Made by a program: the position numbers and the translations under genes
Shown: piece after piece, positions 1 to 11,962 of the stretch
Layout: each line of letters opens with the position of its first letter
How positions within the stretch are numbered: position 1 is the first letter of the stretch
The notes under the pieces: model-generated
What the model was told of the DNA's origin: nothing
Databases searched by the model: none
What the model saw: the letters and a program-made list of their open reading frames with translations, nothing else
NCBI GenBank assembly: GCA_035486855.1
Contig: DATHMT010000018.1
Span: 68,238 to 132,237, forward strand
Direction of reading: 5' to 3'
Length of the DNA stretch: 64,000 bases
Source of the DNA: Steroidobacteraceae bacterium
GTDB taxonomy: Bacteria > Pseudomonadota > Gammaproteobacteria > Steroidobacterales > Steroidobacteraceae

Positions 1-971
1 GTCAGCAGCGCCTGGTCGAGCACCTGCATGCCCATGTCACGACCCATCTGCAATTGGGTGAGGATCTGGTGACTCTGGTCGGTCTGGATCAGCTTCGCGA
101 TGGCCTTGGTCATGACCATGATTTCGCAGATCGCCCTGCGCCCGCGTGCATCGCTGGTCTTGACCAGGATCTGCGTGATCACCGCGAGCAGACTCTGTGA
201 CAGGAAGCTCTTGGTCTGTTCGCGCTCCTCGACGGGCAGCGCATCGATGACGCGGTCGATGGTCTTCACCGCGCCGGTCGTGTGCAGGGTGCCGAGCACC
301 AGGTGTCCGGTTTCGGCGGCGGTCATCGCCATGCGGATGGTTTCCGCATCGCGCATTTCACCGACCAGGATGACATCGGGGTCCTCGCGCATCGCGGCCC
401 GCACCCCTTCGGCGAACGAGGGGATATGAGTGTGAAGTTCGCGCTGAATGACCTGGCTGTTCTTGCTGCGATGGACGAATTCGATCGGATCCTCGAGGCT
501 GATGATATTGAGTTTGCGGGTGTGATTGAGGTGATCGATCATCGCCGCCAGGGTCGTGGATTTTCCGGTGCCGGTCGAGCCGGTCACGAGGATCATGCCC
601 TGGTGGTAGTCGCACAGCTTGGTGACGATCGGCGGCAGTGCCAGCTTCTCCAGCGAGGGCACCTCGGTCGGGATGGCGCGAAACGTCGCGCCGACGCCGG
701 TGTCCTTGCGGAACACGTTCACGCGAAAGCGCCCGCCGTCGGCGGACACGTAGGAAAAATCCAGGTCGTTGCCCGTGGCGAAGTGCTCGGCCTGGGAGCG
801 GGTGAAGATCTCGGTGACGTATCCCTCCAGTTCCACCGCCCGCAGGTCGCGGAACTTGATGGGCAGCAGATCGCCATGCATGCGCAGCATCGGCGGGACG
901 CCCACCGCCAGGTGAACGTCCGAGCACCCCTGCTGCATGCCGAGTTTCAGAAACGCGTCAATGCGCGCCAC
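1..971 (-). CDS. pilT: PilT-family hexameric (type IV pilus retraction-type) ATPase, divergent paralog; C-terminus cut by the window edge
   Basis: Own minus-strand translation; the frame is absent from the ORF track because it runs off the edge. GTG start at 971 lies 9 nt after GGGAGG. Motifs: Walker A 'GSTGTGKSTT', 'EDPIEF', 'ILVGEMRD', 'GHLVLGTLHT'. The PilT-specific AIRNLIRE position reads 'AIAKLIQT'. Confidence 0.85.
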   Translation of the reverse strand, partial: MARIDAFLKLGMQQGCSDVHLAVGVPPMLRMHGDLLPIKFRDLRAVELEGYVTEIFTRSQAEHFATGNDLDFSYVSADGGRFRVNVFRKDTGVGATFRAIPTEVPSLEKLALPPIVTKLCDYHQGMILVTGSTGTGKSTTLAAMIDHLNHTRKLNIISLEDPIEFVHRSKNSQVIQRELHTHIPSFAEGVRAAMREDPDVILVGEMRDAETIRMAMTAAETGHLVLGTLHTTGAVKTIDRVIDALPVEEREQTKSFLSQSLLAVITQILVKTSDARGRRAICEIMVMTKAIAKLIQTDQSHQILTQLQMGRDMGMQVLDQALL

Positions 972-1105
972 AGCTCAATCCTCCCGAGGCTACTTAGGGT
1001 TTTGCCAACTCTGGGCCACATAATCAATGGCTTGCGCCCGGAAATCCGACGTAACGCACGAAAGACGGCCCTTTCGGGGGCGGCGTGCACCGCCCTGGGG
1101 CAATC

Positions 1106-3532
1106 CTACATGTACGATTCGAGGGCGACGCGCAACTCGTCCATGGACTGGAAGCGCTTGTTCTTGTCCACCGCCATCGCCTTCATGACCGCATCGCTGA
1201 GTCCCTGGGGCAGGGCGCTGTTGATCTCGGAAGGCGGACGGGCCCGTCCCTGGACGTGCTGGTACATCACCGACATGTGGTCGCCGCGCGCATAGGGCGG
1301 CACCCCGGTGAGCATTTCGTAGAGGATGACCCCTTCGGCATAGATGTCGGCGCGCTCGTCGACTTTCTTGCCGAGGATCTGTTCCGGGGCCATGTACTTG
1401 GGCGAGCCGATGACATAGCCGGTCTTCGTCAGCTGCGTGTCGCCTTCGCGGTGCGCCGCCGCCACGCCAAAGTCCACGATCTTCAGCAGGCCATCCTGGT
1501 TGATGAGCACGTTGGCGGGTTTCAGATCGCGATGAACGATGCCCACCTGATGGGCGACGGTCATGCCGGTGGCGATGTCGCAGCCGAACTGCAGCGCACG
1601 CCGCAGGTCCATGGGCTTCTCGTTGACGATCTCTCCGCCCAGGGTATGCGACGGAAAGTACTCCATGGAGATCGCGTACAGACCCTGGATGTACAGAAAG
1701 TCGTAGATGCGGATGACGTTCTTGTGGGTGATCTTGCGTGAGTAGCGCAGTTCGTGCACGAAGCGCTTCATCACCTCTTCATCCTCGGCGACGTTCGGGT
1801 TCAGGAACTTGAGGATGAGGCGCTCGTCGACCACCGTGTCTTCCATCAGCAGCACGGTGCCGAAGGCGCCGCGACCGATACGATCGATGTATTTGTAGCG
1901 ACCCTCGATGATGTCGCCGGTCTTGAGCGTGGTGATGTCCAGCCGCGTCTCGGCCGCCTTGCGGGCCTGGGCGAGCTGCGCTTCGGGTATCACCGTGGTG
2001 CCCGAAGGTGTGGCCGGGGTCTTGGCGGGGCCGCTGGTCGAACCGCGCGCCACCTGGGCCGCCACCGAAGTCAGGACTCCCGGAGTCGCGACCGGGGTGT
2101 TGCCGGTGCGCACATCCATCTCGGCCAGCGCCGCGACCGCGAGTCGCGCGACGGTCTGGTCGGGGGAACTGACCTGAGTCTGCAGGCCGGCGCGCACCTG
2201 TTCGGCCTGGCGATCATCGGCGAGCTTTGCCAGCGCCTGAATCGCCTCAATGCGGATTTCGCGTTCCGGCCGTTCGAGCATGGGCAGAATGACATCGATA
2301 TGCTGCGCCTCGCCGAGCTTCCCCAGGGCGCGCACCACCACCGGCAGCGCCTTGGTATTGTCCAGCTTCATCATCTCGAGCAGCCGCGGCAGCGCCCGCT
2401 TGCTGCCGATTTCAGCCAGCGCATCGATGGCGCGCTCACTGACCCACCAGTCATTGTCGCGCGTGGCCTGGATCAGATGATCCACCGCCCGCTCATCCTT
2501 GGTCTGGTTGAGGATTTCGACCGCGGCGCGCCGGATGTCCTCGTCCTTCTCCTGGACCAGCTGCAGCACGGCATCGATCACCTTGGGTCCGCCGATTTTG
2601 CCCAGGGCATCGGCGGCGCGGCTGCGCACCCACCAGTCACTGTCCTTCAGCGCCTGCAGCAGGTACTTGACGCTGCCCGCATTGCCGACTTCGTTGAGGA
2701 CCTCGACCGCCGAGCGGCGTGCGTATTCGTTTTCGTCCTTCAGGACATCGATCAGGTAGCGGACGGTGTCCGGATGATTGACCTTGATGACGACGTCCAC
2801 GGCCTTGTTCTGCACATCGATTTCGGGGTCGCGCAGCAGGGCACACAGTCGCTGGACATCGACGATGTTGTCCATCTTCTGCAAGGCGCCGAGCGCGGCG
2901 CCGCGAATCAGCTTGTGCGGATCCTTCAGCTGCGCCAGCAGCGCGGTCTGCACTTCGGGCAGGTTGAAGCGCGAGAGGATGTTGATGATATGAACCCGGG
3001 CGATCGCATCCTTGCCATGCAGGCGTCCGATCAGCTCCGGCACGGCACTGGCGTCGGAAATCTCACCAATGATGCGAAACAGCGCGGCCTTCTCGTTCGG
3101 TTCCTGCTGGTAGGCGATCCCCAGTAATTCACGGACGTTGAAGCGTGATTTTTGCGATGCAACAATTTCCAGCAGGGCGGACTTGGACACGCCGGGCTGA
3201 TTCAGCGCCTCGAGCAGCAGATGGGGCGGAAAATTTCGCGACGTGGTCAGCGCCCAGGAAATACCGGCGATGACGCGCGGGCTGCCCTCGACCAGGCCCC
3301 GCAGGAAACGCGGGAAAGTCTTGGCGCTGATCTGTGCGGACAGCACGTCGACCAACACGACCGTCAGGTTCTTTTCGGCTTCCGGCAGGGCTGCCAGGAC
3401 AGCATCGATCACGCCCGGCCCGAGGCCCTTCAGCTTGGCTGCGGCCCTCTGGACTGCCGGATCGTTGGGACCCGTGCCGGACCGGATCTCAGATACCAGC
3501 CTGTCGGCGCGTAAGTTCGTGAAAAAGCTCAT
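1106..3532 (-). CDS. Cytoplasmic Hanks-type Ser/Thr protein kinase with a long N-terminal HEAT (PBS-lyase-like) repeat array and a C-terminal kinase domain
   Basis: 808-aa ORF. Roughly 450 aa of repeated HEAT-like units (e.g. 'LKDSDWWVRSRAADALGKIGGPKVID', 'TRDNDWWVSERAIDALAEIGSKRALP'), then an Ala/Thr/Pro linker. Kinase core: 'GRGAFGTV', 'HRDLKPANVLI', 'DFGVA', 'SPKYMAPE'. No TM segment seen. Confidence 0.85.
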   Translation of the reverse strand: MSFFTNLRADRLVSEIRSGTGPNDPAVQRAAAKLKGLGPGVIDAVLAALPEAEKNLTVVLVDVLSAQISAKTFPRFLRGLVEGSPRVIAGISWALTTSRNFPPHLLLEALNQPGVSKSALLEIVASQKSRFNVRELLGIAYQQEPNEKAALFRIIGEISDASAVPELIGRLHGKDAIARVHIINILSRFNLPEVQTALLAQLKDPHKLIRGAALGALQKMDNIVDVQRLCALLRDPEIDVQNKAVDVVIKVNHPDTVRYLIDVLKDENEYARRSAVEVLNEVGNAGSVKYLLQALKDSDWWVRSRAADALGKIGGPKVIDAVLQLVQEKDEDIRRAAVEILNQTKDERAVDHLIQATRDNDWWVSERAIDALAEIGSKRALPRLLEMMKLDNTKALPVVVRALGKLGEAQHIDVILPMLERPEREIRIEAIQALAKLADDRQAEQVRAGLQTQVSSPDQTVARLAVAALAEMDVRTGNTPVATPGVLTSVAAQVARGSTSGPAKTPATPSGTTVIPEAQLAQARKAAETRLDITTLKTGDIIEGRYKYIDRIGRGAFGTVLLMEDTVVDERLILKFLNPNVAEDEEVMKRFVHELRYSRKITHKNVIRIYDFLYIQGLYAISMEYFPSHTLGGEIVNEKPMDLRRALQFGCDIATGMTVAHQVGIVHRDLKPANVLINQDGLLKIVDFGVAAAHREGDTQLTKTGYVIGSPKYMAPEQILGKKVDERADIYAEGVILYEMLTGVPPYARGDHMSVMYQHVQGRARPPSEINSALPQGLSDAVMKAMAVDKNKRFQSMDELRVALESYM

Positions 3533-3706
3533 TCAACCGACAGCTAACCGTCTCTCGATCTGCATGACTGGCCAACGGTGCAAAGGGACACCCGCCGGTA
3601 CGTGCGAATTATGCCACAGCCAACCTACCGCCTGGGCCCAAAGCCGTTGGGCATGCGTCGCTTGCAACGACTACAATCCGGCGCCTTTCGCCGACATGAT
3701 GGTGTC

Positions 3707-4801
3707 ATGAACGATCCACGCCTCAACCTGATACGCACTGCCCTGGAGAACTATGCCGACCCATTTTTGGGCGAGACCCTTGGGGCCGCTCAGGCCGTGG
3801 GTGAGGTAGCGCTGTCCGAAGGTCGCGTAAAGGTGCGATTGCGCTTCGGATTTCCGGTGGGGGGTTATGCGGACTCGTTGGCGGAGGCCCTCCGCAGTCA
3901 GCTTGAGGCCGTGGCGGATGCACTGCCGGTGGATCTGCAGCTTGAGTCGCAGATCCATGCCCATGCCGTGCAGCGACCGCTGAAGCCACTGCCCGGGGTC
4001 AAGAACATCGTGGCGGTCGCTTCCGGCAAGGGTGGCGTGGGCAAGTCAACGGTTGCCGCGAATCTGGCGCTCGCCTGGGCGGCGCAGGGTGCGCGGGTGG
4101 GTGTGCTGGATGCCGACATCTATGGTCCCAGCCAGCCCCTGATGCTGGGACTGACCGGGCAGCGTCCGAGCGCGCCGGATGGCAAGCACATCCAGCCGCT
4201 TGCCGCCCATGGCGTCGTGGCCATGTCCATCGGCTTTCTGATCGATCCGGACCAGCCGATGGTGTGGCGCGGCCCGATGGTGACCCAGGCGCTCACCCAA
4301 CTGCTTGCGGACACGCAATGGGGCGAGCTGGACTACCTGGTGGTGGACATGCCCCCGGGGACCGGGGACATACAGTTGACCCTCGCGCAGCGCGTACCGG
4401 TCGCGGGCGCCGTGATCGTGACCACGCCTCAGGACATCGCCCTCGCCGATGCGCGCAAGGGACTGGCGATGTTCGAAAAGGTCGCGGTGCCGGTGCTGGG
4501 TATCGTCGAGAACATGAGCATCCATGTGTGCAGCAATTGTGGCCACGCCGAGCATATCTTTGGTTCCGGCGGCGGCGCGCGCATGGCCGCGCAGGCCGGA
4601 GTGCGGCTGCTGGGCGAGTTGCCGTTGGATGCGCGCATCCGCGAAGACGCCGATGGCGGTCGTCCGACGGTGGCCGCAGAGCCCGACTCGGCTCGCGCGC
4701 AGTTGTACTTTGAGATGGCGCGTCGCACGGCCGCGGCATTGGCACGGCGCGCGCGCGACCGCAGTACCGTCTTTCCCACCATCGTCGTCGAACCGTCCTG
4801 A
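3707..4801 (+). CDS. apbC: Fe-S cluster carrier ATPase ApbC/Mrp (NBP35 family)
   Basis: P-loop 'ASGKGGVGKST', 'DMPPGTGD' and 'CSNCGH' are typical of Mrp/ApbC. I chose ATG 3707 (MNDPRLNL...) over the longer ORF-track start at 3578. Confidence 0.9.
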   Translation: MNDPRLNLIRTALENYADPFLGETLGAAQAVGEVALSEGRVKVRLRFGFPVGGYADSLAEALRSQLEAVADALPVDLQLESQIHAHAVQRPLKPLPGVKNIVAVASGKGGVGKSTVAANLALAWAAQGARVGVLDADIYGPSQPLMLGLTGQRPSAPDGKHIQPLAAHGVVAMSIGFLIDPDQPMVWRGPMVTQALTQLLADTQWGELDYLVVDMPPGTGDIQLTLAQRVPVAGAVIVTTPQDIALADARKGLAMFEKVAVPVLGIVENMSIHVCSNCGHAEHIFGSGGGARMAAQAGVRLLGELPLDARIREDADGGRPTVAAEPDSARAQLYFEMARRTAAALARRARDRSTVFPTIVVEPS

Positions 4802-4813
4802 TAAAGTGCAGCG

Positions 4814-5380
4814 ATGAGCATCAAATCCGACAACTGGATCCGCCGCATGGCGGCCGAGCACGGCATGATCGAGCCCTTCGAAGCCGGACAGGTCCGTCAC
4901 GTCAATGGCCAGCGCATTGTGTCCTATGGCACGTCGAGCTACGGCTATGACGTACGCTGCGCCAATGAGTTCAAGATCTTCACCAACATCAATTCGACCA
5001 TCGTCGATCCGAAGCACTTCGATGAGAAGAGCTTCGTCGACGTGAAGTCGGATGTTTGTTTGATTCCACCCAACTCATTTGCACTGGCGCGCACCGTCGA
5101 GTACTTTCGAATTCCCCGCAGTGTGCTCACGGTGTGTCTTGGAAAATCAACTTATGCGCGCTGCGGTGTAATAGTAAACGTAACGCCCCTGGAACCCGAG
5201 TGGGAAGGTCACGTCACGCTGGAGTTCTCCAACACCACGCCACTGCCGGCGCGTATTTACGCCAATGAGGGCGTGGCGCAGATGCTGTTCTTTGAGTCCG
5301 ATGAGGTCTGCGCCACCTCGTACGCCGATCGCGGTGGCAAGTACATGGGCCAGAAGGGTGTCACGCTGCCGAAGACTTAA
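4814..5380 (+). CDS. dcd: dCTP deaminase
   Basis: 188 aa, '[18 protein letters not shown]', 'SYGYDVR', '[14 protein letters not shown]'. Typical Dcd length and motifs. Confidence 0.95.
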   Translation: MSIKSDNWIRRMAAEHGMIEPFEAGQVRHVNGQRIVSYGTSSYGYDVRCANEFKIFTNINSTIVDPKHFDEKSFVDVKSDVCLIPPNSFALARTVEYFRIPRSVLTVCLGKSTYARCGVIVNVTPLEPEWEGHVTLEFSNTTPLPARIYANEGVAQMLFFESDEVCATSYADRGGKYMGQKGVTLPKT

Positions 5381-6096
5381 GGTGACGGCGGCGGATAGGT
5401 CACGCTGATGATGCGCATCGACAGGTCGACGCTGCCCTTGCGGCTGCGATTCGCCTGCAGCGGCAGGTAGTTGAGCTTCGGCGCCAGCCACAGCCGGGTC
5501 ACCCGATCGGAGCCGGGTCGATCGCTGCGATAAACCACGGTGTCGAGCGCGCCGAGCGGGGTCTGCAGCACTTCGGTGCGCTCGCGCGTGTAGAGGTAAT
5601 CCTTGGCCTGGTCATGATCGAACAGCCTGAATTGGCTGGGCGTGAGACCCGCCTGCAGGCGCCGCATGAGTTCGATCTGCACCGACATGGGGTCCTGGAT
5701 GCCCTCATCCAAAGGCTGATCCACGGCATGGGTCTGCGAGGTGCCGTGCACCCGGTGCGTGCTTTGATCGAACTGCAGATCGACATCATCGCTGTGATCG
5801 CGCGCCTGACCGCTTTCCCGGTACTCGATCGGGACGACCTGGCCGTCCGCCAGCGTGAAAGTGCTGCTCTGGATCAGGGCGTCGGGAAATACCAGACGAA
5901 AGATGCCATGCGCCTTGATGTTCGAGCTGTAGGTGAAAGTCCCGGGCGCCTGCGAGGCGAGGGTCAGGGTCGAGTCCCCGGCCGTGATGCCGTGCCAGGC
6001 CACCTCGAAGGTGGCCACGAAGGGGGTCGGCGGCGGTTGCGGCGGCATGGACGAGGTCAACACCCCGCTGATTGTACAATAGGGCCATGAACCCAC
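5377..6096 (-). CDS. DUF3108-like protein
   Basis: The '[17 protein letters not shown]...' pattern and a position beside a DUF2066 gene fit DUF3108. No clear signal peptide. Start is ambiguous (6096 or internal ATG at 6048). Confidence 0.55.
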   Translation of the reverse strand: MGSWPYCTISGVLTSSMPPQPPPTPFVATFEVAWHGITAGDSTLTLASQAPGTFTYSSNIKAHGIFRLVFPDALIQSSTFTLADGQVVPIEYRESGQARDHSDDVDLQFDQSTHRVHGTSQTHAVDQPLDEGIQDPMSVQIELMRRLQAGLTPSQFRLFDHDQAKDYLYTRERTEVLQTPLGALDTVVYRSDRPGSDRVTRLWLAPKLNYLPLQANRSRKGSVDLSMRIISVTYPPPSP

Positions 6097-7064
6097 CTTA
6101 TCGATCGCCCCGGGAGTCGGTCCGCAAGGACCGCTGGATTGCGCTGGCCGTCACCGTGCTCGGCCTGCTGGGGGTGGCGCCGGCCTGGGCCCTGCGACCC
6201 GTACAGGTGTACGAGGTCACCGTACGCGGCGCAACCGCGGCGACGGTGGTCGCCGACGGGATGCGCCAGGCGCTGGTGCGGGCGACGGGGCGACGCGATG
6301 CGCCGGCCAATCCCGCGCTCGCCGCCATCGTGCAGAACGCCGCGCTCTATCTGAAGGGAACCCGGTCACTGGCGGGCGGCGCGGTGCAGCTCGACTTCGA
6401 CGGCACGGCATTGGCGCAGGCCATCGTCGCGGCCGGCGGCAGTCTCTGGGACAGCAATCGGCCGTTCACGCTGGTCGCGATCAACCCGGTGCCGAGCGGT
6501 CCCGCCGGCGATGCGCTGCGCGTGCTGCTGGAGCAGACCGCCGAGGAGCGCGGTTTGCCGATCAGTCTCGTGCCGTTGACGACCACCGATGGCAGCGGCG
6601 CGCCGTTGGCTGACGATGTGGTGCTGCAGAGTGCGAAGACCCTGGGCGGGGATGCCGTGCTGATCGGTCGAGGGGATGCCACCAATCCCGGGCAATGGCA
6701 GTGGCACCTGGTGAGCAGCTACACCTCCGCCGGCTGGACCGGTGCCTCGGAGGTGGGCATCAACGGCGCCGCGGACTCGCTCGCGAGCGTCGCCGCGGAT
6801 ACCGGCGCCAAGCCGCTGGTACAAGTTGCCGTCGAGGTCGCAGGTGTCGGCACGCTCAATGACTACGCGCGCGTGGAGCAGCTGTTGCGGACCACGCCCG
6901 GGGTGCAGTCATCGGGGCTGGCCGCCGCTCAGGGGACCACGGCGATCTTCACGGTGGGCGTACGCGGCGGTGGCGAAGCGCTGGCGCGGGCCTTGGCCGG
7001 GTCGGCGCATCTGAGCAGCGCCGCTGCGGGTGAAACCCAGGTGCAGCTGAACTACACGCCGTGA
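6087..7064 (+). CDS. DUF2066-like exported protein
   Basis: Signal-like 'WIALAVTVLGLLGVAPAWA'. The 'VYEVTV....AL..ALVRATGRRD' pattern and the conserved position before the CDP-alcohol transferase and hda support the call. Start taken at MNPPY (6087) rather than 6072. Confidence 0.6.
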   Translation: MNPPYRSPRESVRKDRWIALAVTVLGLLGVAPAWALRPVQVYEVTVRGATAATVVADGMRQALVRATGRRDAPANPALAAIVQNAALYLKGTRSLAGGAVQLDFDGTALAQAIVAAGGSLWDSNRPFTLVAINPVPSGPAGDALRVLLEQTAEERGLPISLVPLTTTDGSGAPLADDVVLQSAKTLGGDAVLIGRGDATNPGQWQWHLVSSYTSAGWTGASEVGINGAADSLASVAADTGAKPLVQVAVEVAGVGTLNDYARVEQLLRTTPGVQSSGLAAAQGTTAIFTVGVRGGGEALARALAGSAHLSSAAAGETQVQLNYTP

Positions 7065-7612
7065 AGGCGCTGCGCTACCTGCCGAATCTGATCTGCCTGG
7101 GACGGATCGCGCTCATCTGGCCGATTCTCACGACACTCGCGGCTCACGAGTATGGCTGGGCCGCGCTGTGCTTCGGCATTGCCGGGGTATCGGATCTGCT
7201 CGATGGCGGCCTCGCCAAGCGTTTTGGCTGGACCAGTGAACTGGGGAAGTGGCTCGATCCGCTCGCCGACAAGTGTTTGTTGGTGACCGTGTTCGTGGTG
7301 GCGGCCTGGGCCGGCCTCGTGCCCCGCTGGCTGACCGCCGTGGTCGTCTCGCGCGATGTGATGATTGCACTCGGTGCGCTCACCTACCTCGCCTGGTTGG
7401 GGCCGCTGCAAGGCCACCCGACCCTCGCCAGCAAGCTCAATACGCTGGTCCAGCTGGCTTATCTGTTTGGCGTGCTGCTGTTCATGGCCAGCGGCTTTCC
7501 CCCGGTGCTGCTGCTGGAGGTTGGCGTCATGGTGACCCTGGCCACGACGGTGCTGTCGGGACTCGGGTACATCATCGAGTACTCGCGCCGCGCGGCGAGT
7601 TTGCCGGCGTAA
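7061..7612 (+). CDS. CDP-alcohol phosphatidyltransferase family protein
   Basis: 183 aa, multi-TM, motif 'SDLLDGGLAKRFGWTSELGKWLDPLADK' (D-x2-DG-x2-AR...D-x3-D). 4-nt overlap with the preceding gene. Confidence 0.8.
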   Translation: MKALRYLPNLICLGRIALIWPILTTLAAHEYGWAALCFGIAGVSDLLDGGLAKRFGWTSELGKWLDPLADKCLLVTVFVVAAWAGLVPRWLTAVVVSRDVMIALGALTYLAWLGPLQGHPTLASKLNTLVQLAYLFGVLLFMASGFPPVLLLEVGVMVTLATTVLSGLGYIIEYSRRAASLPA

Positions 7613-7614
7613 TC

Positions 7615-9812
<2,198 letters not shown>

Positions 9813-9846
9813 CTGGAGCGCGATCTTACAGTATCATCCCGCGATC

Positions 9847-10638
9847 ATGACCGAGCTCAAAGACCCCTCTGACCTGCCGGTCGATCGCCCCCGCAGCCGC
9901 AGCATCTACCTGCTGCCCAATCTGCTCACCACCGGCGCCCTGTTTTCCGGGTTCTACGGCATCGTCGCGGCCATCGACAAGCACTTTGCGGCGGCGGGCA
10001 TCGCGGTGTTCGTCGCGGCGATTTTCGACACCCTGGATGGTCGGGCGGCGCGGGCAACCCGCACGGAAAGCGCCTTCGGCAAGGAGTACGACAGCCTCTC
10101 GGACATGGTGTCCTTCGGTCTGGCGCCGGCGATCATCTCCTATCAGTGGGGCGTGGTCCGCATCGCCGAGTACGGCCGGGCGTGGGGCCGCATCGGCTGG
10201 CTGGCGGCATTCTTCTACGCCGTGGCGGCGGCGCTGCGCCTGGCGCGCTTCAACGCCCGCGCTGCCACCGCCGACAAACGCTATTTCGAAGGTCTACCGA
10301 GTCCGTCGGCCGCCGCGATCGTCGCGGCGTTCATCTGGTTTTCCAGCGAATGGCGTGAGCCGGGTCTGCCGGGCCTCGTCGCCGCCTTCGGCATCACCGC
10401 GATCGCCGGCGCACTGATGGTGAGCAGCTTCGGCTACCCCAGTTTCAAGCAGTTCAATCTCGACCGGCGGATCCGCTGGGCCTACATGATATTGGTGCCG
10501 TTGTTCTTCGTGCTGGTGGCGATCGACCCGCCGACCATGCTGCTGTCGATCTTCGGCGTCTACGCGGCCACCGCACCGCTGCTGTGGGTGGGACGGCGCA
10601 TCCGCCGCCTGTTCCGCGGACCGGCGCCGCTTGTCTGA
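9847..10638 (+). CDS. pssA: CDP-diacylglycerol--serine O-phosphatidyltransferase
   Basis: ATG 9847 (MTELKD...), 263 aa, multi-TM, 'FDTLDGRAARATRTESAFGKEYDSLSDMVSFG'. Confidence 0.85.
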   Translation: MTELKDPSDLPVDRPRSRSIYLLPNLLTTGALFSGFYGIVAAIDKHFAAAGIAVFVAAIFDTLDGRAARATRTESAFGKEYDSLSDMVSFGLAPAIISYQWGVVRIAEYGRAWGRIGWLAAFFYAVAAALRLARFNARAATADKRYFEGLPSPSAAAIVAAFIWFSSEWREPGLPGLVAAFGITAIAGALMVSSFGYPSFKQFNLDRRIRWAYMILVPLFFVLVAIDPPTMLLSIFGVYAATAPLLWVGRRIRRLFRGPAPLV

Positions 10639-11332
10639 GCCGCTGGACTCGCAGCGCCGCCGCCACTACCTGGCGGCGCTGGGCATCGAGGAGTGGCAGC
10701 CGCGGCGTGCGCCCCCGCTGCCGGTGTCGACCCCCGCGCCCGCCGTGCCGGCATCCGCTCCCGATGCGACGAGCGCCTGGCAGCAGCTGACCGAGGAGGT
10801 GGCCCGCTGCACCCGGTGTGATCTGTATCGGACCCGCACCCGACCGGTGTTGGGGGTCGGCGACCGCCACGCCCAGTGGCTGGTCGTGGGGGAGGCCCCG
10901 GGCGCCGAAGAGGATCGGCAGGGCGAGCCCTTCGTCGGCCGCGCCGGCCAGCTTCTGGATGCCATGCTGCGGGCCATCGGCCTCGCCCGCGGCCAGAATG
11001 TCTACATCGCCAATATCCTCAAAAGCCGCCCCCCGGGGAATCGTGATCCGGCGGCGGCAGAGGTCGCCGCCTGCCTGCCCTATCTGGAGCGCCAGATCGA
11101 GCTGATTCGGCCACGACTTATTCTGGCGGTGGGGCGGATCGCCATGCAGAACCTGCTGGCGACACAAAGCACTCTGGGACGCATGCGCGGTCAGGTGCAT
11201 GAGTTCGGGGGGCTTAAGACCCCGCTGATCGTCACGTATCATCCGGCTTATCTGTTGCGCAAACCCGAGGACAAGCGCAAGGCGTGGGAGGACCTGAAGT
11301 TCGCCCGCGGCGTCTTCGCCAGACTCACCTAA
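10631..11332 (+). CDS. Uracil-DNA glycosylase, family 4
   Basis: 'GEAPGAEEDRQGEPFVGRAGQLLD' and 'HPAYLLR' are family-4 UDG motifs. Has the N-terminal extension common in proteobacterial copies. Confidence 0.85.
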   Translation: MSEPLDSQRRRHYLAALGIEEWQPRRAPPLPVSTPAPAVPASAPDATSAWQQLTEEVARCTRCDLYRTRTRPVLGVGDRHAQWLVVGEAPGAEEDRQGEPFVGRAGQLLDAMLRAIGLARGQNVYIANILKSRPPGNRDPAAAEVAACLPYLERQIELIRPRLILAVGRIAMQNLLATQSTLGRMRGQVHEFGGLKTPLIVTYHPAYLLRKPEDKRKAWEDLKFARGVFARLT

Positions 11333-11352
11333 GGACAAGGCTACCGTTCCCT

Positions 11353-11844
11353 ATGGCCACCGCCCCGGATCAGTTCGCAGCCGCCGGTGAACTCATCATT
11401 CGGCCCATGCGCGAAAGCGACGTTGCCGCGGTCATCGGCATTGAGCGGGCGTCCTATCAGTTTCCCTGGACCGAAGGCATCTTTCATGACTGTCTGCGGG
11501 TGGCCTACCTGTGCCGGGTGGCCGTGCAGGACGGGCAGATCGTCGGCTACGCCGTCATGAGCATGGGCGCCGGAGAGGCGCACATCCTCAATCTGTGTGT
11601 GCGCGAGGAAGTTCGCCGCGCCGGGATCGGGCGGACGCTGATTCGTTATCTGATCGAACAGGCCGAGACCGCCGGGATGGTGGAGGCGTTCCTGGAAGTT
11701 CGCCCCTCCAACGCCATCGCCATGGTGCTGTACCGCTCACTGGGTTTCGAGCAGATCGGTACGCGCCGGGGTTACTACCAGGCCGCGGGAGGCCGCGAAG
11801 ACGCCGCGGTACTGCGCTTGCGGCTGCGCCGAACCTTCATTTGA
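11353..11844 (+). CDS. rimI: Ribosomal-protein-alanine N-acetyltransferase
   Basis: 163 aa GNAT, 'RRAGIGRTLIRYLI', 'LEVRPSNAIAMVLYRSLGF..GTRRGYY'. Start at ATG 11353. Confidence 0.8.
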   Translation: MATAPDQFAAAGELIIRPMRESDVAAVIGIERASYQFPWTEGIFHDCLRVAYLCRVAVQDGQIVGYAVMSMGAGEAHILNLCVREEVRRAGIGRTLIRYLIEQAETAGMVEAFLEVRPSNAIAMVLYRSLGFEQIGTRRGYYQAAGGREDAAVLRLRLRRTFI

Positions 11845-11962
11845 ACTTGCTTAGGCAGGTCACGAACGCGTAGGGGCTTTCACGAAGCTGACGCCCAGCT
11901 TACGCTCCGCCCGCGCATTTCTTCACACGACCCTTATCTCACCGTCGCTATTCTGCGCGGGC

